A stretch of 64,000 nt of DNA from an uncultured Acidimicrobiaceae bacterium (GCA_963835465.1 CAWIFR010000007.1:494949-558948), one strand, 5' to 3'; counted from the first letter of the stretch, positions 9,816 through 19,567 are shown. Program-made: numbers and translations. Notes: a model not told the origin generated them from the sequence alone.

Positions 9816-11936
9816 ATGGGAGGTCTGCTCGGCGGGTCGGTCACGGGGATGCCGCAAGTCGGCGGGGGGAGCAGAGTGGGGCCGATGACGGACGCTGAGG
9901 CGCCGGAGGGACCATTGGAGTCCGAGTGGGAACGCCAGGAGCCGACTGTCGTGGGCAGTCGCACCCGCCAGATGGCCGTACTGGCCAGCCGTGTGCGGGC
10001 CCAACTGCTCTTCATGCTGCTTGACTGCGTTTGCGTTGCGGCAGGTTACAGTGCCTCACAAATCATCTACCTCCGCGACGTAGCCCCTCAGTACTACGGC
10101 TACCACTTCACCATCTTCGTCGTCGTCGCCATGGCGCTGACGCTGATCAGCAATCACCTGTTCGGGCTATACGGCCGAATGTGGAGACACGCCGGTGTCG
10201 ACGAAGCCCGCCAGATGATTCTCTCCTCCCTCGCCGTGGCCGCGACACTGATGTGCCTCTACCCCATCGGACATTTCCTGGGCATCGTGATCGTCCCTCC
10301 CCAGGTTGTTCTGGTCGGCCTGGTCTTCGCCTCCATCGGAATGAGCCTGCTTCGGTTCCACTCCAGAATCTTCGCCTGGCAGCGCGGATCCCGGGGTACG
10401 GGGCTCCGCGTCGCGGTAATCGGCAGTCGGGACACCGCGGCATCAGCCATTCGCGAGATGCACCGTTGCCCCGGGGCCGGCCTCATCCCAGTGGCAGTGT
10501 TCGACAACGACACTTCGGTACACGGCATGTCCCTCTTGGGCGTACCTGTGGTCGGGAGCATCATGGACATCCCCCAGTCCACCGCCCGCTACCAACTGCA
10601 GCAGGTGCTCTTGGCCATCCCCAGCCCTCCGCCTGAGTTGATCGCCGAAGTAGTTCGTTCCGCAGAGGCCGCGGGCATCGTCATGAAGGTGCTGCCCACG
10701 GTGCACGACCTGGTCGGCGGACCCACCCATATCTTGGACATCCAACGGGCCCGGGAGCCCCGAATCGAGGACCTCCTGGGGCGGACACCGGTTGCCACCG
10801 ACCTCGATGGTGTCCGTCATTCCCTCGAAGGCCATCGGGTGCTGGTGACAGGGGCAGGGGGCTCGATCGGCTCGGAGATCTGCCGGCAGGTGGCGGCCTT
10901 CGGTCCCGACATCCTGGTGCTCCTCGACCATGACGAGACCCATATCCACGACACGGCGGCATCGATAAGCGGACCCACCCATCAGGCCCTCGTGGACATC
11001 ACTGACCGGGACGGTATTTTCGAGACCTTCGAGCGGTACAAGCCGGACGTGGTCCTGCACGCTGCGGCACACAAGCATGTACCCGTCCTCGAGGAGCACC
11101 CGATTGAGGCGGCAAACACCAATGTCCTCGGCAGCCTCAACGTCATCGAAGCGGCTGAATCTGTAGGCGTAGAGCGGTTCGTTCTGATCTCGACGGACAA
11201 AGCCGTGAGGCCGTCAAGTGTGATGGGGGCAACCAAGCGGCTGGCGGAGCAGGTCCTGCTGACCCATGCCCCGCGGGCATCCGCGTACTGTGCCGTCCGA
11301 TTCGGCAATGTTCTGGGTAGCCGGGGAAGTGTGATTCCCACCTTCACCCGTCAGATTGAGTCCGGTGGACCGGTGACGGTAACCGACGCCCGAATGACCC
11401 GGTTCTTCATGAGCGTCGAAGAGTCCGTACAGCTGGTCCTCCAAGCCTCCCTTCTGGCCAAGGGGGGTGAGATCTTCATGTTGGAGATGGGCGAGCCGGT
11501 CAAGATCATCGATCTGGCGGAACGCATGATCCGTTTGTCAGGCGCGCAAGTGGGTGTAGACATCAAGATCGAGGTAGTGGGTCGCCGACCCGGCGAGAAG
11601 CTCGAGGAGCGACTGCGAGCACCGCTGGAGCAGGTCACGGAGACCGAGCACGCCTCGATCGAGCGGCTCATCCCGCCGCATATTCCCCGGCGCGAATTCG
11701 ACGCCCACATGAGCCAGCTGATCGAGGCCTGTCGTCGTCGAGACGCCGACAGGGTCCGACACCTCTTGTTCAACACCGTCGCCGACAGCGACACCCCTAG
11801 GGACGGGGTGGAAGGCGCAGCACTCAACGGGGGTGATCCTCCGTGGGCGGAGGACCCGCCGATTCAAGGACGGTCCATCCCCGTCCCCTTGCTGGAGGCT
11901 GCGGCTACCAGTAGGCCCATCGAGACCGGGGAGTAG
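9816..11936 (+). CDS. CapD/WbpM-type membrane-anchored nucleotide-sugar 4,6-dehydratase/epimerase
   Basis: 706-aa ORF. N-terminal TM helices, then two Rossmann regions (RVAVIGSRDTAASAI and VLVTGAGGSIGSEICRQV) and the polysaccharide-biosynthesis SDR core (YxxxK region ...LHAAAHKHVP...). The true start may be an internal Met (e.g. MTDAEAP). Confidence 0.85.
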   Translation: MGGLLGGSVTGMPQVGGGSRVGPMTDAEAPEGPLESEWERQEPTVVGSRTRQMAVLASRVRAQLLFMLLDCVCVAAGYSASQIIYLRDVAPQYYGYHFTIFVVVAMALTLISNHLFGLYGRMWRHAGVDEARQMILSSLAVAATLMCLYPIGHFLGIVIVPPQVVLVGLVFASIGMSLLRFHSRIFAWQRGSRGTGLRVAVIGSRDTAASAIREMHRCPGAGLIPVAVFDNDTSVHGMSLLGVPVVGSIMDIPQSTARYQLQQVLLAIPSPPPELIAEVVRSAEAAGIVMKVLPTVHDLVGGPTHILDIQRAREPRIEDLLGRTPVATDLDGVRHSLEGHRVLVTGAGGSIGSEICRQVAAFGPDILVLLDHDETHIHDTAASISGPTHQALVDITDRDGIFETFERYKPDVVLHAAAHKHVPVLEEHPIEAANTNVLGSLNVIEAAESVGVERFVLISTDKAVRPSSVMGATKRLAEQVLLTHAPRASAYCAVRFGNVLGSRGSVIPTFTRQIESGGPVTVTDARMTRFFMSVEESVQLVLQASLLAKGGEIFMLEMGEPVKIIDLAERMIRLSGAQVGVDIKIEVVGRRPGEKLEERLRAPLEQVTETEHASIERLIPPHIPRREFDAHMSQLIEACRRRDADRVRHLLFNTVADSDTPRDGVEGAALNGGDPPWAEDPPIQGRSIPVPLLEAAATSRPIETGE

Positions 11937-13198
11937 TGGTGCCACCACCTGAGCGGTTGGTTGTAGTGGGACAGGGCTACGTCGGGCTGCCGGTCGCCAT
12001 CCGGGCAGTCGAGGTCGGCTTTGATGTAATCGGATTTGATCTCGATCCGACCCGAGTCAAGCGCCTTCAGACCGGTGACAGCTTTGTGGAGGACATCAGC
12101 CCTCAGAAACTGGCCGCTGCCCTGGCCACCGGTCGGTACGAGGTCACAGATGACCCCGCGCGCCTTACCGGTTTCGATGTTGCCATCATCGACGTACCTA
12201 CCCCACTGAGTGACGGCGTTCCCAATCTCTCCCACGTCCAGGATGCAGCAGCCCTCTTGGCCCTGTCTCTGAAGGCGGGGGCTACGGTCATCCTCGAGTC
12301 AACGACCTATCCGGGCACGACCGAGGACATCGTCGCCGCCATCTTGGAGGATGGTTCCGGACTGACTGCCGGGACTGACTTCCATCTGGGATACAGCCCC
12401 GAACGTATCGACCCGGGTAACCCCGACTGGCATTTTGCCAACACGCCCAAAGTAGTGTCGGGCATCAATGACGCCTCGCTCGCTGCCGTCCGTTCGTTCT
12501 TCGATCGCTTGGTCGACAAGACCGTTCCGGTCTCTGGGACCCGCGAGGCCGAGCTCACTAAGCTCCTGGAGAACACCTTTCGTCACGTAAATATCGCGCT
12601 CGTCAACGAGCTGGCCATGTTCGCTGCAGCGCTGGACATCGACGTGTGGGAAGCGATCGATGCGGCTTCGACCAAACCCTTCGGCTACCTGCGCTTCACC
12701 CCTGGCCCTGGCGTCGGAGGCCACTGCCTCCCCATCGATCCGAGCTATCTGTCATGGAAGGTCCGCCAGAGCGTGGGCCAACCGTTCCGGTTCGTCGAGC
12801 TGGCCAACGACGTGAACGAGCACATGCCCGACTACGTCGTCCGTCGCCTGATCACCGCTCTCAACCGTGACCGTCGAGCGGTGAACGGTTCACGCATTCT
12901 GATGCTGGGGCTCGCCTATAAGCGCAACACCGGTGACAGCCGTGAGGCGCCGGGTACGGTGATCGCCCAGAGCCTGATCGCACTCGGCGCGGACGTTCGT
13001 CTGGTCGACCCCCACCTCTCCCCCGATGCGCTCGGGCTTCCCCTTGTGGACTTGACTTTGGAAGAGGTGAAGGCTGCCGACGCGGTGGTGATCGTTACTG
13101 ACCACGATGCCTTCGACTTTGCCATGGTCCGCGACCATGCCCGATTCGTTCTGGACACCCGCAATCGCATCAGGGGACCGAGGGTCGAGTCGTTGTGA
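11936..13198 (+). CDS. Nucleotide-sugar 6-dehydrogenase (UDP-GlcNAc/ManNAc dehydrogenase family; TviB/WbpA/WecC-like)
   Basis: 420-aa ORF with N-terminal Rossmann motif VVVGQGYVGLPVAIRAVEVGFDVIGFDLD, catalytic-Cys region GPGVGGHCLPIDP and C-terminal GLAYKRNTGDSREAP. Confidence 0.85.
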   Translation: MVPPPERLVVVGQGYVGLPVAIRAVEVGFDVIGFDLDPTRVKRLQTGDSFVEDISPQKLAAALATGRYEVTDDPARLTGFDVAIIDVPTPLSDGVPNLSHVQDAAALLALSLKAGATVILESTTYPGTTEDIVAAILEDGSGLTAGTDFHLGYSPERIDPGNPDWHFANTPKVVSGINDASLAAVRSFFDRLVDKTVPVSGTREAELTKLLENTFRHVNIALVNELAMFAAALDIDVWEAIDAASTKPFGYLRFTPGPGVGGHCLPIDPSYLSWKVRQSVGQPFRFVELANDVNEHMPDYVVRRLITALNRDRRAVNGSRILMLGLAYKRNTGDSREAPGTVIAQSLIALGADVRLVDPHLSPDALGLPLVDLTLEEVKAADAVVIVTDHDAFDFAMVRDHARFVLDTRNRIRGPRVESL

Positions 13199-13214
13199 TC
13201 CACTCCATGCTGGC

Positions 13215-14151
13215 GTGAGGGTTCTCGTCACCGGCGGCGCCGGGTTCATCGGATCGAATCTCTGCCGACGGCTCGAGCAGCAGGTGTTCATCGACGACAT
13301 CGTGGTGCTTGACGACCTGAGCACCGGGACGCGGCAGAACCTCACGGACTGTCCAGCGGTCGAGCTCATCGAGGGGTCCATCGTCAATGCCGACGATCTC
13401 GAGACCGCGGTGAAAGGTGTCGACGCCATCGTCCACCTGGCCGCCCGACCGTCGGTTCCCCGATCCCTTGCCGATCCAATGGCCACGCATCACGTGAACG
13501 CCACGGGGACCATGATGGTACTTGAAGCGGCCCGCAGACACGGGATGCCCCATGTAGTCGTGGCCTCGTCCTCATCCGTGTATGGCGCCAACCCCCTCCT
13601 CCCCAAACAAGAGGCCATGCAGGTCTTGCCGGCCAGCCCCTATGCGGCCAGCAAGCTGGCCACCGAGTCCTACGCCCTGGCCTACCAGCGGTCCTTCGGG
13701 CTCCCGGTCCTGGCGTTCAGGTTCTTCAACGTCTTTGGGCCCTTCCAGCCGGCGGGTCACGCCTACGCCGCAGTGATCCCGGTCTTCGTCTCCGCCGCGC
13801 TGGCCGGAGATCCGCTGCCCGTGGACGGGGATGGGACACAGACGCGAGACTTCACCTTCGTGGATACCGTCACGTCCGTACTCACTGACGCCGTGCGCCG
13901 CACGGTCGTCGACGATCAACCCGTCAATTTCGGCGTTTGGCTCGCGCGTCTCCCTATTGGAGCTGATCCGCCAGCTAGAGGACATTTTCGGCCATGGCCT
14001 CACTCGCCAGCACCGCGACCCGAGGCTCGGCGACGTGCCGCACTCGCAAGCCGACAGCAGCCGCCTGGAACGACACTTTCCCCAGATCGAGCCCAGCCCC
14101 TTGCCGGAGAGTCTCCGGGCCACCGTCAACTGGCTCCGTGAGACGAGCTGA
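13215..14151 (+). pseudogene. NAD-dependent nucleotide-sugar epimerase (TviC/WbpP-like) with one C-terminal frameshift
   Basis: GTG 13215 gives VRVLVTGGAGFIGSNLCRRL...YAASKLATE...FRFFNVFGP. After PVNF the frame degenerates. The alternative frame (ORF 13831..14151) restores FGSRVSLLELIRQLEDIFG...ATVNWLRETS. The junction is at about 13928, apparently an extra G. Confidence 0.75.
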
Positions 14152-14237
14152 TCCAGGTCTCTACGGTTTCCAAACGCAAGGGCCGGCTACGAACCTCATG
14201 GCGTCTCACGGTTGGCCTCAGTGCACTACTGGCCACC

Positions 14238-14768
14238 GTGGCCGCCGCGGTCATCCTGCATCGCTTCCCTGGAGCGAATCCGGTCGATCGCGCCGGCTTC
14301 GCCCTCATCCCCGTCAATCCCTATGACGCCGCCCTCCGGGCTGTTACCAAGTTCGGAGCGGCATCAGCGCTCGTTATCGGATCCGTCGGCGCCGCCCTGG
14401 TGGCCTGGTTCTCCCGGCGTGACGGCCTCCGGGTCGTGGTCTGCCTGCTCGGGCCGCCTGTCGCCGTCGCCCTGAACGAACTGGTGCTCAAGCCGGTGGT
14501 AGGCCGCCGCTACCTGGGGGAACCTAGCTTCACCTCGGGATCCGTCGTCGTCGTGGCGGCCGTGGCCACCGCATGGGGACTGGCCTCCCCCGCCCGTACC
14601 CGTCCGATCACGATTGTGGCCGGCGGCGCTCTCGTCGTGTTGATGGTCCTCGCCGTGGTGGCCCTCCAGTGGCACTACCCGAGCGACGCCCTGGCCGGCG
14701 TCACCTTCGGGGTGGGCTTCGTCCTGGTGGCCGACGCCGCTCTCGTCATAAATGACGAGAGCGGCTAA
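14238..14768 (+). CDS. PAP2-family (acid phosphatase / undecaprenyl-PP phosphatase-like) membrane protein
   Basis: 176-aa hydrophobic ORF with PAP2-like motifs LKPVVGRR, TSGS and WHYPSDALAG. An in-frame upstream stretch (RLTVGLSALLAT) encodes more of a TM helix without a start codon, so the N-terminus is uncertain. Confidence 0.55.
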   Translation: MAAAVILHRFPGANPVDRAGFALIPVNPYDAALRAVTKFGAASALVIGSVGAALVAWFSRRDGLRVVVCLLGPPVAVALNELVLKPVVGRRYLGEPSFTSGSVVVVAAVATAWGLASPARTRPITIVAGGALVVLMVLAVVALQWHYPSDALAGVTFGVGFVLVADAALVINDESG

Positions 14769-14840
14769 TATTGCGTCAGGAGCCAGCCTGCGGCGCAGCA
14801 TCTCGGTGTTGCGTCGGCAATTGTCGGAGGGAGGGCGGGA

Positions 14841-16109
14841 GTGGCCATCGAGGGCAGGGATGAGGCAGGGGTACCGTCGGCTGGCAGGGGTATGCCTACC
14901 CCTAGGAACACGGCCGTGGCCTGCATCACGGTGGCGACAGCCGGAAACGAGGCCGTGGTTCCCGAGCAACTGTTGGACCGGGTCATGCGTGTGGTCCGCT
15001 CCGATGATCGGGTGTGTCCGATCTCTTCGGGTGGCTGCGTCGTCAGCTTCGGCAGCAGCGCTAGATCTGTCCTCCCCGAAACGCTGGCCGAACGGATGGT
15101 CGAGGCCATCGAAGGGTTGAGTACCCAAGGCGTGGTCGTCTCGGTGGGGATGGCGAGCGCCTCCCGCTCAATCGGACTCGACGTCCTCACCCAACGGTCG
15201 GTGTCCTCGTCCCGTTCCGCTCAACCTGCCATCTCGCGTTCCACGGGACCGACTGCCGTCACCGTCCTCGACCACGACTGTTCTTCGATGCGGCCCGGCA
15301 TCACCCTGCGGAGACGCTCGCGGCGGGAAGCCAGCCTGAGCGGCCTGTCCCACCTCCGGTGGCAGCACCATCTGACGCCGCTGGCCAAACACGGCACCCT
15401 TCACCAGAAGTCCTCGCTGCTCATCCTCGACAGCGAAGCAGATCCGACGAATGGCCCCGGTCCCGTGGCTCGTTCAGTCCACTACCGGGCCGATACGTTC
15501 GGGTACGAGACGCTCATACGGAGTCTCGGCTCCTTCGATTTGTCGTTCTTCACCAACGTCCGACCTCACTTGGTGGTCATCGTCCTCGATCACGCACCGT
15601 CGAGTACGGTGCCCGTTTCCTGGGCCACGAGCTCTTGGAATGTGGCCTCGGCCGCCACCACAGCCGCCGTGCGCCGAGGTGCGCGTGTGATCGCAGTGAG
15701 CAGCCGTGAGGCCGGTGCCCTGGCCGCCTGCGTGAACCACGGCGCCACCGCTCTTTTCGGCCTTGCCGACATCGACTGTCATCTCGATCCGCACCAGACC
15801 CCCTCCTCTGGAGTCAGCTCGTGGGACCGTTCAAACGGCCCGTTCGACCAGCGCCCTCCCGGCTTCGACGCCCTACTGACACTGACCGACAGCGAGCGCA
15901 GAGTGCTCTTCTACCTGACGGGAGGGTGGTCAGCTCAGTCGATCGCTGACGAGCTGGTGGTCTCGCTCACCACCGTTCGATCACACATCCGCTCCACCCT
16001 GCGCAAGTTGGGCGTCCGCTCGCAGCTGGCAGCCGTGGCCATCGCCAACGGCCTCGACTTCGAGGCCACTCGGCGAGCGGAACACGTGGTGGCAGCTGGT
16101 CGCAGCTGA
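14841..16109 (+). CDS. LuxR-family transcriptional regulator with N-terminal degenerate GGDEF-like domain and a receiver-like middle domain
   Basis: C-terminal HTH: LTDSERRVLFYLTGGWSAQSIADELVVSLTTVRSHIRSTLRKLGV. The N-terminal segment RSDD-RVCPI-SSGGC-VVSF aligns by eye to RxxD-x5-GG(D/E)EF. The middle region resembles a REC domain (LLILDSEAD...VVIVLDH...VIAVSS). Confidence 0.7.
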   Translation: MAIEGRDEAGVPSAGRGMPTPRNTAVACITVATAGNEAVVPEQLLDRVMRVVRSDDRVCPISSGGCVVSFGSSARSVLPETLAERMVEAIEGLSTQGVVVSVGMASASRSIGLDVLTQRSVSSSRSAQPAISRSTGPTAVTVLDHDCSSMRPGITLRRRSRREASLSGLSHLRWQHHLTPLAKHGTLHQKSSLLILDSEADPTNGPGPVARSVHYRADTFGYETLIRSLGSFDLSFFTNVRPHLVVIVLDHAPSSTVPVSWATSSWNVASAATTAAVRRGARVIAVSSREAGALAACVNHGATALFGLADIDCHLDPHQTPSSGVSSWDRSNGPFDQRPPGFDALLTLTDSERRVLFYLTGGWSAQSIADELVVSLTTVRSHIRSTLRKLGVRSQLAAVAIANGLDFEATRRAEHVVAAGRS

Positions 16110-16910
16110 GTGACCCCAGGGGCCATGGAGGAGACGACCCCGACGGCCCGCATCGTGCTCCTCGCCGGACCGGGCGAGAGCACGGAGATCGTCGCCAACT
16201 TTCTCGCCGAGAGGGTCCAGGACCTCATCGTGGTGGTCGAGGAGCCGGCGTCTCGCCTGACCATGGCCCGTCGGCGGGCCCGCCGCTTGGGACGGGCCAC
16301 AGCTGCGGGCCAGGTCCTCTTCGTGACCTGTGTCCTGCCGGTGCTCCGGCGGCTCGGCGCAGCCCGGCAGGCCGCCATCGTGAGTGAGGCCGGTCTTGAC
16401 ACCACACCGGTGGCGCCGTCGTACCGCGTCCCCTCCGTGAACGACCCGCAGGTCATCACCCTACTGAGGTCGGTCCGACCGGATTTGGTCGTCGTCAACG
16501 GGACCCGAATCATCGCCCCAGATGTCCTGAACTCGGTGCAGTGTCCCGTCATCAATATCCATGCGGGCATCACACCACGGTATCGAGGGGTGCACGGCGG
16601 CTATTGGGCGCTGGTCGAGGGCCATCCCGAATGGGTCGGCACCACTGTCCACCTCGTGGATCCGGGCATCGACACCGGAGGCATCTTGGGTCAGGCGACC
16701 TTCATGGTGACCGATGAGGATTCGTTCGCTACCTACCCCTCACTCCATCTGACCACTGGGATTCGCCTCCTCGAAACCCAACTCACACGGGCACTCGAGG
16801 GCCAGGATATAGGCCCAACTCAGGAGCCTCTCGCCCCAGGCTCGCACCTCTTCTCCCATCCTACTGCGTGGGGATACCTGTGGCACCGGTGGCGCAGGGG
16901 GGTTCGATGA
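16110..16910 (+). CDS. Formyltransferase-domain protein (Fmt/PurN/sugar N-formyltransferase family)
   Basis: 266-aa ORF with LVVVNGTRIIAPDVLNSVQCPVINIHAGITPRYRGVHGGYWAL, matching the formyl_trans_N core (N-x-H...P-x-YRG). It starts immediately after the LuxR stop. Confidence 0.7.
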   Translation: MTPGAMEETTPTARIVLLAGPGESTEIVANFLAERVQDLIVVVEEPASRLTMARRRARRLGRATAAGQVLFVTCVLPVLRRLGAARQAAIVSEAGLDTTPVAPSYRVPSVNDPQVITLLRSVRPDLVVVNGTRIIAPDVLNSVQCPVINIHAGITPRYRGVHGGYWALVEGHPEWVGTTVHLVDPGIDTGGILGQATFMVTDEDSFATYPSLHLTTGIRLLETQLTRALEGQDIGPTQEPLAPGSHLFSHPTAWGYLWHRWRRGVR

Positions 16911-17055
16911 CCCCCGTTCCTGCCTCCGCCCCGACCCCGGCCCCGGCCATTCCGCACTTCAGCAACGGGGTCTACGTGTCGATAGAGGTGACGAAGCTCG
17001 ACGTACACGGGAATGGGAACAGGGGCAGAAGTGGATCGGGACCGCTGACACGGAG

Positions 17056-18420
17056 ATGGCAGACCACCTCACCTCCAGCAGTCGACATGTCCCGCAAGCA
17101 CAGCGAGGGCGTCGGCATGGCGTCCGGTTCGCGGTCCTCATGGCGCTGGCCGTCGCGCTCCTTGGTACCGGTGGCGTCCCGTCATCGGGTGCCAGTCCCG
17201 TCTCCGCTGTGTCTCCATTCGTCCCCAATTCTCCCCCCCACATTGCCTCGGACCTGAGCTACCGATCGTTCAGTCCTCCCCCGACGATCGCCACCAACTG
17301 CTCTCAGGATGTGGCGGGTCCCCTCCGGGCGTGGCTCAACTCCCTGCCGGCGGGTACGGCCGCCAATCCGATTGTGGTGAACTTTGCTCCTGGCGGGTGC
17401 TACCTGGTCAACGAATCGTTGTTCCTGCGGGCCTTCACCGACGTGGTGTTTGACGGCAACGGTGCCACCTTCCTCCAGACCAACCCCACGACCGAGACAG
17501 TCACCCTCGATGCAGGGGTAACCCCGTACTCGGGTTCGTCGTTTATGCCCTTCGTCGTCAGCGTCACACTCCCCATCGCCCCGGACATCTGGTACTTCGA
17601 CGGTGGCTCCGACATCACCATCGAAAACATGGTCATCGACGGTCCCAATGTAACCGGAGATTCGACCAGCGGAGGCGGGACCATGGTCGATTCGGGGATC
17701 GAACTCGACGGCGTACAACGAGCAGTCATTCGGGACAACATCATTGAACACGTCGATGGCGATTTCATCACGCTTATGGGCGTCATCGATGCTCCGTCGG
17801 CGAACTGGAACTATCCCAGCACCGACGTCACCATTGCCGACAACTCGTTCGACACCAGTGGACGTCAGGGCATTACCCCCGAGTGGGTCAACCGCGTCAG
17901 CATCACTGGAAACACGTTTCGCCATGTGGGAGCCACGGCCATCGACATGGAATCCGGGGTCGTCGGTGGCTGCTCGTGCAATGTCTCGGTCGACGACAAT
18001 TTCTTCTCCACTGACACCCCGTACGTGGTGGCAGCCATCACCGGCTCGGCCATCACCAACTTCGCGTTCACCCACAACACGCTGAACCAAGGAGCCCAGT
18101 TGCGGGTGGAACTCGCTCCGGCTCTGCCCTCGTCGGGCATCACCATCGCCAACAACACCGGGGGCACTGCGGCTACTTGGCCCTATCAGTCGATATTCAT
18201 CGGTCACGGTCCCAATGGAGACAGTGACGGTCTGATGAGCGGTGTGAACATCAGCGCCAACACGGTGCCAAACGACCTGTTCGGCCCCAGCTTTGTCTAC
18301 AGCGGCCAGAACGTCAGCGGCCTGGCGGTACGAAACAACGTGCTTGCATCGCTTCGCCCCCTGGTGCCTCTGCAGATGGACGCCCCGTTGACCCAGGGCT
18401 ACTCGTGCGGGCAATTCGAC
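17056..18420 (+). CDS. Secreted right-handed parallel beta-helix (PbH1) protein, N-terminal part of a probable fusion with 18434..19567
   Basis: Signal-like N-terminus (RGRRHGVRFAVLMALAVALLGTGG). Repeated beta-helix rungs (NMVIDGPNVTGD, IRDNIIEHVDGDFITL, ITGNTFRHVGATAIDME, ITIANNTGG). The frame becomes Arg/Pro-rich junk after about 18415. Confidence 0.7.
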
Positions 18421-18433
18421 CACAGCCGGTGGC

Positions 18434-19567
18434 GTGACCGTGGATGGACCGTGCCCGCGCTACGTTGCCCCTCCCCTACCGGTCGCGCCGACCGTTCCCA
18501 CCGACGCCGCCATCACCACCGGGCAGGCACCGGCGAACGTCGCTCAGCCGGCACTGGCCATCGCATCCCCGAGTCTGGGTACATTCTCGGTCTCCGTGCC
18601 CTATGCGGCCACCCTGAAAGCCACCGGGGCGACCGGTGCCGTGACGTGGGCGGTGAGCAACGGATCGCTGCCGGATGGGCTACAGCTGGCCCAATCTGGC
18701 ACACTCGTCGGCGTGCCCACCACCCCTGGGTCCAAGGCATTCACCGTGGCGGCCACCGATGGGGCGGGCCACACGTCCTCCCAGGCGTATGCCGTCTACG
18801 TGGCACCGCTCGATGAGCCCGCGTCCTCGCCCGTGACATCGATGGCGGCCACGCCCGGCGGCGGAGGGTACTGGCTCACCGACTGGACAGGCCAGGTCTT
18901 GCCGAGGGGAGACGCCGGCTACTACGGGTCGATGGCGGGAACGCATCTGAATGCTCCGATCAGCCATATCGTTTCCACGGAGGATGGCCGAGGGTACTGG
19001 CTGGTGGCCAGCGACGGCGGCATCTTCGCCTTCGGTGACGCCCACTTCTTCGGATCGATGGGGGGGCAGCATCTGAATGCCCCCGTGGTCGACCTCGCCC
19101 CCACCTCCGATGACCAGGGCTATTGGCTCGTGGCCACCGATGGAGGCGTCTTTTCTTTCGGTGATGCCCGATTTCTCGGGTCGATGGGCGGCCACCACCT
19201 CAACGCCCCCATCGTGGGGGTGGCCGGAGACCCCGCCACCCCGGGCTACTGGCTGTTGGCTTCGGACGGGGGGGTGTTCTCCTTCGGGGCCCCGTTCCTC
19301 GGCTCGGCGGGCGGCCTCCGCCTGAACCGACCGATCAACGGGATGGCCACCACTCTCCGTGGTGACGGATACTGGTTCGTGAGTTCCGACGGGGGGGTCT
19401 TCGCATTCGGCGGCGGGACCTTCCAGGGCTCGATGGGCGGCCGTCCGCTCCGGGCACCCGTCGTGGGCATGGCCACAGACAATGCAACCGGGGGCTACTG
19501 GCTCGTGGCCGCCGATGGCGGCGTGTTCAGCTTCGGTGCGCCCTTCTACGGATCGGGAGCCACCTGA
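18434..19567 (+). CDS. Ig-like (He_PIG-type) domain plus six 41-42-aa GYWLV..DGGVF.FG repeats (probable beta-propeller)
   Basis: 377-aa ORF. Ig-like segment LPDGLQLAQSGTLVGVPTTPGSKAFTVAATDGAG. GYW recurs at aa 145, 187, 229, 271, 312 and 354. The upstream in-frame peptide (NSTTAGGVTVDGP) abuts the beta-helix ORF, suggesting a single gene split by an indel near 18415. Confidence 0.7.
   Translation: MTVDGPCPRYVAPPLPVAPTVPTDAAITTGQAPANVAQPALAIASPSLGTFSVSVPYAATLKATGATGAVTWAVSNGSLPDGLQLAQSGTLVGVPTTPGSKAFTVAATDGAGHTSSQAYAVYVAPLDEPASSPVTSMAATPGGGGYWLTDWTGQVLPRGDAGYYGSMAGTHLNAPISHIVSTEDGRGYWLVASDGGIFAFGDAHFFGSMGGQHLNAPVVDLAPTSDDQGYWLVATDGGVFSFGDARFLGSMGGHHLNAPIVGVAGDPATPGYWLLASDGGVFSFGAPFLGSAGGLRLNRPINGMATTLRGDGYWFVSSDGGVFAFGGGTFQGSMGGRPLRAPVVGMATDNATGGYWLVAADGGVFSFGAPFYGSGAT
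18866..19564 (+). repeat. Six tandem coding repeats (123-126 bp), consensus GYWLVasDGGVFsFGdAxFxGSMGGxxLNAPIVGmAxxxxxx
   Basis: The periodicity is read directly from the translated ORF 18434..19567. Confidence 0.85.

Noticed and set aside
16868-17257. The 129-aa ORF bridging the formyltransferase and beta-helix genes as a separate small gene.
   Set aside because: It overlaps the 3' end of the formyltransferase and the signal-peptide region of the beta-helix gene in other frames. It has low-complexity Pro/Ser/Arg composition and no motif.
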